A DNA stretch of 64,000 bases from Klebsormidium nitens (taxonomy: Eukaryota; Plantae; Klebsormidiophyceae): assembly GCA_000708835.1 (NCBI GenBank), contig DF237010.1, forward strand, positions 1-64,000. Reading direction: 5' to 3'. The notes under the pieces are model-generated. The model had not been told where the DNA came from. It worked only from the letters and a program-made list of their open reading frames with translations, and searched no databases. Both the position numbers and the translations under genes were made by a program. Positions 42,001 to 52,391 of this stretch are shown here, piece by piece; position 1 is the stretch's first letter; every line of letters starts with the position of its first letter.

Positions 42001-43484
42001 CAACCCGCTCCCTATTTGAGTAACATTTTCTGGGGTGGCTTCCACATCAAGCCTTTGAATTCCTGAGATCCACTCTTGGTAGAGAGCGGAGCGAGCAGCC
42101 TCTGAACAACGTAGGTCACATCCACGTGGCAGTTATTGATGATGGATTGTCAGGGGGGTTTTGGTCCGGGGGACTGCTGCTGACGCGGAAGCTGACCGGT
42201 TGGCGGCATGCAGGAGCGGTACGACACGGTGGAGCACAACTTCGCGTTCCGGACGCTGGTGGCGGACACGGTGCTGAGCAACAGCAGCTGGAGGCGGAAA
42301 GCGCTGCCGCCCTGGCTGGCCGACCTCTGCAAGGTATCTCATTGCTGGGTCAGGATTTGTGGGGTCTTAAAAGGGAAACTCCGGCATGTTGTTGGGAGCA
42401 CGAATGATATTGAAGTTTCGACCTACAGATCATCGAGACTGGCGTCTGCATTGGGAAGTAGCTCTATTCGAGTTTGGTGTGCATCGCGCCGCCGTGTGTT
42501 GAGAAGCAGAAACTCTGGGCAGAGATATCTTCTCCCGGCTGCGCTCAAGCGTACTACCCTGCGTGTGGCAGGCTGGCGATCCCGCGGCCCTGCTGCGCAC
42601 TCTGCTGGAGCACGGCCGCCTGGAAGAGGCGGCGGAGCTGGCGCTCGACATCCTGGAGAAACCGAAGAAACAGGTGACCGCACCCGCCGTATGCAGCCGG
42701 TCGACTGATGGCGTCGTTGCATGGGGCAGGATTGTGGATATGTTTACTCCAATGTCTTTCTTCTTGTTGCAAGACTCAAATCTTTTTAGCCGGATGCGCA
42801 AATAACTTGACTGATAAGGCCAGCACAGCCTCCCTGCCCGCTTTTGCGGTGACAGCGCCCGCAGCTTTCTTGCAAAATTCTTTTCTTCCGCACCGCAAGA
42901 CATGTTCATTGCCGATGATTACACGGTAGCCGAGCTAAGCGTCTATAAAAAGGCGTCTTTCCGAGTGAAAAACGGGTAGCTGAGGTAATGACCGACACTG
43001 TCGGTCTGCTCCTGTTCAGCGTACGTCGAGCCGGGCCGGCTTCGTGGCCTCACAGCAGCTGGGCGCGGTGTGGGTGCCGCACACGCTGTTGGGCCAATTG
43101 CAGCAAGACCTCGCGCAGCCGGGCCAGCCTGCATCGCGCAACCGCGCAAAGCTGCAGGCCGCACTGCACAGAGAGCTCCAGCAGCACGTCGCACAGGTAC
43201 GTAGCACGCTGGCAGGAACCTTGATTGAAACGAAGGGAGTGGGGACCTTTCCTTCATGCTTATGTGGAGAATTGATCGTATGTGAACGATGTCGGACTTT
43301 CTGCGAGTTTCGGTGGTCGGGCCTTCCTGGTCAAGGCTGCTTGAACCAGCCTTCATCTGGGCTGGTGGCAATTAGAGGTATGGTGGTACTGGCAGTGAGC
43401 GCGGCCCACTAATTGCAAGCTGATGCTGTCTGTGCGCTTGCGCAGGTGACCAGCGATACCAGGACGCTCCATGCTGCTGCTTAG
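33030..43484 (+). CDS. NUP160: Nuclear pore complex protein NUP160 (Y-complex), about 21 exons
   Basis: Phase-compatible exons: MAAVEATLWQ...EWLDVHV...LVAW|RIRSGSPRILE; ELKEADRVLGRLW; LHLDGSLRLWNL; FVDRLLSVGVF; HYFELVLALLERYG; LWGHVFDLALRLRRYGEAYAAIVSNPD; NPYRVLFAFHTARHNWRHAAAAMHRY; LPPWL; VWVPHTLLGQL. All align by eye with plant NUP160. TAG at 43482-43484. Confidence 0.92.
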
Positions 43485-44580
43485 AATGCAAATGCACGTC
43501 GAATGTACTAGCAAAGCTTTGCACCCGTTCGGTTAGGCCCGTACAAGCGAGGTCAAGCCTTGCATCAGAAGCGGCCGGTTCGGATTGTCACCACGTAAGC
43601 TCAGCGGCCTAAATGATGTGGCAAACTCGACTCCATCCAATCTTTTGGACATATGCCGAAAGACGAAATCGCGCGGTTGCCATAGTCCGACATTGTGGCA
43701 CTGGGCGCAGGCTGCGGACCATAGAGACTATACTGCTCAAGTCAGCCTAGCTAGCTCACTATATCATACCATAACGCGTCGGAAACTTGAAATCGTACAT
43801 GATATCATTGAAGCTCAAGGACATCATGTCATCATGGAATGCACATGGCTCTTTCGTGGTCCATCCATGCAATCACATGACCAAAGCTTGGCCGCCGGGC
43901 ACAGCTAGCAACTGGCAAGCTGCTCTGCACGCGACTGTTGTAGTACGCCGCAATCGTGGGGCTTCCAACCGTAATGCACATATGATAGATCCGTATATAC
44001 TGCGGCCCCGGGACATGCAGTATCGGAATTGCATGAGTGCAATGCATGTAACAAAGCGATTGCATGCATGCAAATTAAGCGATCGACAATTGACACTCGA
44101 CATTGACCCACATATATACAGGGACCAAAGTTCTATAAGCTTACCTAGTGCTCGCTGTATATTAAACGGATCGCCATAGAATGATCTGTGCACGTCTATA
44201 GCGCCCGGCGCGGCGCCGGCCTAGCTATTGCTCGAGTCTGACGTTTGAGCTTTTTGAGTCTGTCGCAGTGCTGATGCGCTCAGTGCTCGTACAATCTCGA
44301 TCAATTACAGGCAAACAACCGCTCTTTGACAATTACGCAAATGATTGAACGTAGGTTATGACGAACATAATTGGAAGCATTGTTCATGTACTGCTCTGCT
44401 GACAGCTCGCGCTTTCAATTGTGGCGCAGCCGCAAAAGCAACACTCGCAAATACAATAAGACTGAGGTGACGGCTGCTGCAGCACCACCAGCCTGCGCGG
44501 CTGGACTCGGAGTTTAGCGTTCCAACATATGCGCGGCTCGCCGGTCGGGCCCATAAATCAAAAGATATCAGGCCACGGTT

Positions 44581-47500
44581 TCAAAAGGACGGGCCGGTCA
44601 GGTAACCCGAGAGGATAAAGAACTTTTTCCCGGTGGCTGGTTGCTGTACTGGCTCGAGCCACGTGTACTTGTTGGCACCATTGAGCACATAGTAAATATA
44701 CTTGGGGGCGCCTTCGGCAAAGGCGGTCAACAATGCGGCCGCCACATCTGGCGTCTCGCTTTCCTGCAGGATAAGAAACTCAAAATTCGAAACCGCGCTG
44801 CGACGAATGTTGCCTCACGTTGACTCGAAAGGGCTTTCTTGTCCACAAGTAGTGGCACACCAGCCGTGCGACGATTCCGTGCTGATGCATCTTTGTTGGC
44901 ATCCTAAAGAAAAAGTGCATGACCTCGAAAACCGACCGGCCCGCACCGCTCCAAACCGTAACGCCATGGATTCGAGTCGACTCGTTCCGCAGAAGAGCTC
45001 TCTCCACCGTCACGCCGGCGGAACCTCTAAACTCGTCTTGCAAAGTGAGCGCCCCGGATTACGCGATCGGCTCTGACCAGGGCGGAAGCTCTCACCAGGG
45101 GGGTCTTCCCCGCCTTGGCAAAGACGTCGCCGTGCGCCAGGCAGCGGAACCCGGTAGCCGGGTCGGCGTCGTAGACAGTGACGTAGAAGCCCCCCAGGGT
45201 GCGCCCGGGGTACACCTCCTGGTTGGCGGCGTCCAGCAGCGGCTGGACCGTCCCCGCATACCGGAGGATGCGGCCGAAGTTGCTGGCCAGCGTGTAGGCC
45301 ACGACCGGGGTGCAGAAACTGTAGGTGGAGTAGAGGCACTGGGAGATCTCGGTGTAGCCCTGCGCAAGGAAGAACAACCGTCGAATCACGATTGGATTGT
45401 GACCCCCAGTACTACCGAGCAAAATCGTTGACGGCTTACTGGTTAAGCAGGTGTGGTTTGGAGGGAAGCATTCTTGTGCTGGTAACGCCCACGAGAAGAC
45501 CGCCGCGTGTGAGCTTGCAGGTAAGTCTGGTCAGCGTTAACTAACGCGAGCATGAGCGGCCTGAGGAAGAAACCGCCATACGGGGATTCGGACCAGGCGC
45601 GAGATGCCAACGGATCCTTTGGAAGGAAATCCTAACACGTGCAAAGGGAAGTGCTGAAACCGGTCGCGAGACTCTCTCTCCCGGGCACTCGAAGGCCGCC
45701 GTTCCCCCTCCGCCCCCTGCCGGTTCTCTCACCGAGATGACGACGTTAGCGCCTTGGCGATGGACCTCTTGAGCCCCAGGTCCGTCTTGCCCACGAAGAT
45801 GTACTCGTAAGTGCCCCCCCCGGATTTCCCGAGCTCCAGCGTCACTTCGCGGAAGTTTGTGTACACCGGGATGCGCGCGGCCGACAGGCCCTTGGTGGCG
45901 GAGTTGCCAATCCCGGTCGCGTTCGGGTAAGCGACCCGGTGGAAGTTTACGTCCAGGACGAGGGGGTAGAAGCCGTTCGCCTGATACCGGGGGTCGTTGC
46001 TGTTGATGGCCTCGTACACCTGGCAAAGGAGGCCGTGTTTGAGCGCAAACGGCAAAAGTGTTCTAAAGGGCGGGAGTAAACAGCATGTCCCGTTTGATCA
46101 ACTGAGGTCGTGGACAACGTTGTGCTGGCCAACGATGTTCCCTTGATGCCGAAGATATGGATATTGGTGGAGCGGAATGATTTACCACTCGAGGAACCCG
46201 ACAGGAGGAAAACGAAGAGAATCAGTAGTCGCGAAGCGAAGCTGCCACCGAGTTCTGATTGGAAGCGATACGTGAAGCTGCTGAAGTTACCGGGGTCAAC
46301 GAAATGAGACAAGTTAGTGAAAACTTTACCCGTGATTAGTAAGTGGTCAGCCAAACCAAAGCCGGTGCACGAACTACCGGCAGAACAAATCAAGTCAGCA
46401 CGTTGACCCGACCCACCTTTCGGGGGTCGCTCGCTGCGTTGACGTCAGCAACAACCAGGTTCACTAGGTTCACCATGGCTGCATACTCGCAGCCGGTTTC
46501 CTTGACGGGGTCCGAGTGACACGCGGGGAGGCTCAGGCTGTCGTCCTGGTAGAGGGGTAAAGGGAGTGTTAGTCTGTTTCGCTTTTGTCGAAGGGGCGTG
46601 ATGCAAATCTGCCTTCGGCACCTACGAATTCTGCAGCCTAGAGAGCATCGTTGTTATGACCCGTTGATAAGGTCCATTTGTACATTCACCTACGAATTCT
46701 GCTCTTACCCAAGCTTGTGTCTTTTACGCTTGTTTGAGTCAGCCTCTTGTCAGCTGATTTTTACCGGATAACGACTGGCGGAAGGGCACAATAAAGGTGG
46801 TTAAAATCAGTGCCTAAGTCCCGTAATGGAGACCCTATTAGCTGCTCGCAGTCGCGCCGCGTAACACGCCTCGATGAGTCAAACCCATGATTGCTGTCCA
46901 GATACGCTAGGCATCACCATTGCAGCATTAAGACACTTCGAAGAAAGAAGCGCAAAGGAATGGAAGAAAATTGCATTTTGGGGCCAGTTCGGTGGCGCCT
47001 CTCACCGCATTCCGTACCGGGGAAGAGTCGGTCAAGTACCCCGCAAGAACGAAGTACTTCCGGCCCGTGACTACTGACTCCACAGGCTGGAGCCACGTGT
47101 ACTTGACCCGTCCATTAAGGAGGTAACCGACGTACTGGGCGATTCCTTGCTCGAAAGCACTGGTCAGCGCGGCCGCAACATCAGGAGCCTCGCTTTCCTG
47201 CAGGGATGTCGTCGCTACGTGCGTAAAGAAAGGCCCAAGAGTCGAGTATGACTTCAGTGCGCGTCTTCGTGAATCTGAAATTCTTTGTATGCGGATACTG
47301 TTGGGGGTTATTCAGCAGACCGGGCCGGGATGGAGAGTCGGGAGTGCCTAAGAGTGTGTTCTGGAAGATCGAGGGCCTCAACGAAAGGAGTTTAGAGAGC
47401 TGTTCTTGGAAGGAAATCGGGGCTTGCTCTAAACTAATAGCACCGCCTATGAGAACCTCTCCTACGAGGTTTAGCGACGGAAATCATGGATTATGCTAAG

Positions 47501-50116
47501 GATATTTCTTTAAGTATGAGCTGTTCAAGGAGTAGGCCTGCCCAACATACGTGACCAGGTGCAGAGCAGTGAAGGAAGGTTCAGAGCGATGGAAGCGACC
47601 CCAGAAGGATATAGAAGCAGCAGCTTAAGCCCACGGTGCAAAAGGAGAGTACTAATCTGATGGAACATGTAATAGTGTGACCCTCTCTGACCTGGGGGGT
47701 CTTCCCCGCCTTTTCGATGACGGCCCCGTGCGCCATGCAAACGTAGCCAGTGGCGGGGTTACCGTCGTAGATCTGGGTGTAGAAGCCGCCCGGTATGGTC
47801 CCGGGGTAAACCTGCCTGTTGACTGCGTCAATCAGTGTCTGCGGATTAGGCGCATACTCCAGGCCGGTCGCCAGGTTGGTGGAGAGCGCGTAGGCTGCCA
47901 CCGGGCTGCAAAAAGTGTAGTTGGTGTAGAGGCACGAAGAGATCTCGGTGTACCCCTGGGGAAGGTTGGGCAGAAGAGAGAGGTTAGAGCCACTCCTTTA
48001 ATCAAAGAAGCTTCGCCTTTGTGAAGAAAGATTTCCACGCCCCAAAGACCGGAGGCGTGGACCAAACAATCAGAGCTCTCGCTGGCAAATGTGTGACCCG
48101 TGTGTACCCTGTTGCAAGTCAGAGGCTATATCAATTTTTGTGATGACAAGGAAACGCTTTGAACGGCAGTGCTTCAAGACTAGCATTCTTTGGAGTTTCC
48201 CTTCGAGTTTGATACACGACACTCGTTGTATGATGGTTTTAGACTTTAAACAAGAAGCTTTGTACGTACAAAGGTAAGAACTTTGCTGTGACGGATTGGT
48301 TTCTATAACCTGGAAACACAACAAGATTCTCAGGAATTCTCGCCTAGGAACACGAGCCCATCTCTTTTAGAGTGTGAATGCACAACTATAAGCTAGTGTA
48401 AATACAGAAGGCTATTGACGTGGGCAGCCACCATTTCCTTTGCGGCATCCCCAGGTAAGTCCCCATCTGAGCCTCACCGCTCCTACGGAATACCCATTTG
48501 GCAGTTCCGGCCCAATGTAAGACTTCTTCAGCCCGAGCCGACCCCCCGCACCCGTGAAGAGATACTCTGTGGTGCCCCCCCCGGCTCTGGCAATCGCGCG
48601 GACGTTCTCAGCGAAGTTGGGGTACGTTGGCACTCCAATGTCGTCATTGGAGTCCTGCAACTCCAAGCCAAGGCTCGAGGTGTTCACGTGAGCCACGCGA
48701 ATGCCCTTGCTATCGTACACAAACGTGTAGAAGCCGTTGAACACATATCGCGGGTCCTTGTTGTTGAGTTTCGTATAGACCTGCGAAAACTAAAGGCCCT
48801 GTCAGCGTAGGGATTGCTAAGGAATGTCAAGAAGGTGAGCACCTGGGGATCATTGATTGGGCGGTGCGCGCACCATTCACCGCTTCTGTACCCATGCCTC
48901 TTTGAGTGTTCCCGTGTCAACAAAGTTGAAGGTTGCTTGATTGGCTCCTGCATCAATGGTATCTGGATATACTTTGTCGCAAATAGCAAAGATTTGGATA
49001 TCCAATGAGGGGAGTTATTGTATCTCCCTCATGAGTTACAAACAACAAAACACGCCAAGCGGACTAATCAGTCAAGAGTCGGAGGTGGCCAGCCTCACAT
49101 GGTGACTCTGACATGTCTTTCTAACATGGCTCCTGTGGGACAGACGGACGCAAGCCCTGAGACACCGATTTTCTACCAAACAGCCCAAGAAGATCCACCA
49201 ACGTGCATCAGGTGGGAATGCAGCATGCACGGCAGTGTAGTCACCTCAAAGGGATCCTTGGCTGCCGCCACGTCTGCGATGACGTTCAGCACCAGGTTTC
49301 GCGTGATGGCCAGCTCGCAGCCGGTCTCCTTGGCGGGATCGTTGATGCAGTTGGTGATGGAAGACTGCTGCGCCTGGGTGCCAGGCTGAAGATGCGGGGA
49401 AAGACGACAATCTGTATTGGTTGACCACTCGCTGCTTGGAAGGGAGCCCAGTTTGTATCGCCAGCAGCAAGTGGATGCCGTTAGGTGCAGCAGTCCGAGA
49501 ACTGACATCTGGCGCACTTCTCCGGTGTGCCAGATGGGTTAAGGTGGTGCCAAATGGTTGCTCAGCTATGAGCTTGCCAGAAAGATCTTGATGCAGGTTG
49601 ACTGCAGTAATCAAATGCGGGATGAATGCAGCTTCTATTGAACAAAGAGATAGCCCCTCCTTGAGCATTGAAAGTATCATGGTATGCAACTTATGAAAGC
49701 AAACCTTCTGCTATTGAGTGCTGAAACCGATCGGCGCAGTCAAGCAGACCCGCGCAACATGAAGCAAAGAAGCAGACTCGTCAAGTCCAGGATAAGTACA
49801 GCATTTGGTGGGCATTCAGCATCAGGGTCAGCATCGGTCAACAACTATAAGTAAAAAGCAACTTTCTAGGCGCAACCCGAACTCAACTTACAGGCCCCAG
49901 CAGCTTTGACAATGCGGTCCAGTTAACATCAATCTATCTAATCCAATTAAACTTGAGCTGCAGGAATCAATGCATGGTTTACAAAGCCAAAACTTCGCTC
50001 ACATGAGCCAAGCAGTAACACTAAAAGATAGAAGAAGCACTCACCAGCATAAAGCATATGAAGAGCCCCATCATTGCAAGCAGCACTGTGCCGCAGGTCC
50101 GCAGTCGTGGCCCCAT
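44581..50116 (-). CDS. Predicted secreted protein with four tandem single-Cache (sCache_2-like) domains, about 610 aa, 9 exons
   Basis: Exons 50116-50045 (signal peptide MGPRLRTCGTVLLAMMGLFICFML), 49385-49245, 48780-48478, 47955-47692, 47197-47006, 46545-46417, 46019-45733, 45359-45096, 44763-44581. Each repeat has the Cache_2 pattern FY-x-[FI]-[VY]-D...AH...G...GGG-x-x-x-Y...K-x-SY...AGY. One junction (45733/45359) is out of phase. Confidence 0.8.
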
Positions 50117-50325
50117 GTTGTTCACTGATTGCTTAGCAACGGCGCCCATATTGTGGGCAGCTGCGTCAGCGCGCGCCTTTGAGCTGATCAGAATATAGAA
50201 TGCTGCCGCCTGAAGCTTCTTTTCAAGAGGCGGCTGACTCCAGATCGAAAACGATGCTGCCAAAGTCCGCAGCCATTCAGGAGGCCGAGAATTTGCGCTG
50301 CGGCCGATTGATGATAGTGAAAGTA

Positions 50326-50615
50326 CCGTAGTCCAACGTGATGATTCCGAATAAATAAATAATTATTTGCGTACGGAAAGTCAGAAATTCGGATTTCCTA
50401 GTCGGAAAGTGAAATTTCGGAAAGGTAAAATAACCTTGAAATGGTCCTCGGGAGCCGTAAAACTGCCAAAAACAGCCAAAAACTCCCCTTCGAAGTGAGA
50501 CCATAGGGCATTCGGATTCTTGTCGGAATCAGCATATATAATTCCACTTTCCTGGTCGGATTGTTGAGAAATAATTCGAAACAAAATCGTTCGGAATCAT
50601 CACGTTGGACTACGG
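50326..50615. mobile_element. 290-bp Tc1/mariner (pogo/Stowaway-like) MITE
   Basis: Perfect 26-bp TIR CCGTAGTCCAACGTGATGATTCCGAA (50326-50351; inverse at 50590-50615). TA on both flanks (50324-50325, 50616-50617). AT-rich interior, no transposase. Confidence 0.9.
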
Positions 50616-50828
50616 TAGTACCAACGGTAGTAATTCCTAAGTAGTGACCAGTACCTAGATGTATTCCAGGCTCCGCCATTCACAGTATGGGCTTCGGCAT
50701 GCAGGCACTGTTCACACAGAACGCACTTGTAAGTATAGGATCTGAAACACGGTAGTACAGCTCGTCCGGAAATTAATTCTCAACCGGTGAGAAGCATCCG
50801 TTTCATGTGGGGTGACTTTGGGCAGAGC

Positions 50829-50920
50829 ATGGTAGGTACGGCAACCGGTTGCCCGTACCGACTCACCTTCCTACCATAGATTCAGGTGAGTACTTCAAAG
50901 CAGGTACCTGCCGTACTCAC
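50829..50920. repeat. Fold-back cluster of nested palindromes and inverted repeats
   Basis: GGTACGGCAACCGGTTGCCCGTACC (50835-50859, one bulge); ATGGTAGG/CCTACCAT (50829-50836, 50870-50877); GTGAGTAC/GTACTCAC (50886-50893, 50913-50920) enclosing the perfect palindrome GCAGGTACCTGC (50900-50911). Confidence 0.7.
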
Positions 50921-52391
50921 AATTACAATGTGGTACCAGGTACAGCAGTGGCGAACACCAGCAAAATTAATTGGTGAACCTTGCACAATCATTGGTACCG
51001 CGATTGTCGGAAAATGACCGTTTGACGTCTTTCACTGAAAACTACTGCCATGACTGACCCTTGACTTTACCTATAGGTAGATGACTTTGCCAGTCGGTTT
51101 GGGAATAAGATTAGGTACCGGTAGCTCCAAACCGCTGCAGACCAAGTACTAGAACATGACAGTCAAATATTTGCATCTGCCCCAGGGACTTTAAGCGAAT
51201 TCCTGCGCAGCTTACTAATCAGTATTCCGACCTGATCACGAATTCGACACTCATCATGTTAGTGGGTGCCCCGCACCCGGTATTTGTGATGCCACCGGCT
51301 TCATGTCAAGGTTTAGCCTGGAACATATGTTTCCGCCACATATTGGCTAGCTGATCCTTACAAGCAGGCAGGCGCCTCAATGGAGCCTCAATGATGATGA
51401 ACAAAGAAATTAATCGCCATTCAGCTTGAGCGAGGGTTGACACAGGAACACAGCGAGCTTCGTAAGCAGTTGCATCTCAAAGTGTGTCGTGCTGCTAGCT
51501 GCTGATTCTCTGCTCAAGAATCGGAGCCTACCTATATATAAGTGGCGCCCGTGCAATCAGTTCGTATACGCAAGCCTGGCTCGAGGCGCCTATCATATGC
51601 TGTGTATGCTCGATAGGCTATCAACGCGATACTTACGTCGTCGACGTACCCTTATGGCGAGGACCTAGCTGCATATATTGGGCGCCTCGCTTTCAGTTGC
51701 GGCGCCATGGAGCGCGTGACAACAGTGACAATCTGATTTGTAGTCAAAGTCTATGATGGCGTGCACATCGCGATCGCGCAGGCTTCCTTATACTGGTGAT
51801 TCAATGAGGAACATATATCAGGCTTATATCATCGATTTCTAACGTGAACTTCAAAGGGTAGGTCGGACCTACCAGATTGAACTTCACACCTACCACAACG
51901 TACTTCCTTTCGGCATGGTAGCAAGTATCAGGTGGGAAGTCCAGTCAACTTCAATCACGAATATGAAGCATGCCCCAATTCCCAATTCATAGATTTCAGC
52001 TGAGGCCTGCAGTTAAACGCGTGATTCGATCGCTCTCCACGGTCCCAAGATGAGAGCCAAACGGACTTACTTACTATCGGGTTACCGTCACTAAAGCATG
52101 TAAAAGCCAAATTGCAACAAACCACATGGGATGATAAGTCGGCGGTACAGAGGATGTCGCGACGTCGGTGTCTGGCAAGTCACTCACCGTAAGTGGCAAC
52201 TCAAAGGTTTTGGCATGAAGAAAGCCTCTATACCGGAAATGTTGTGCAACACTTTTAGAGCGTGTGTCCTTGTGGCACGTGCCCCTAGCACGGCGCCATG
52301 CAGTGACCTTCGGTGAAAGACTCCGACGAACAGAAGTAGCGATTGCTCGCCTCGCGTATCATTCCTCGCAAAGAATACTACGCCTTGAGTT

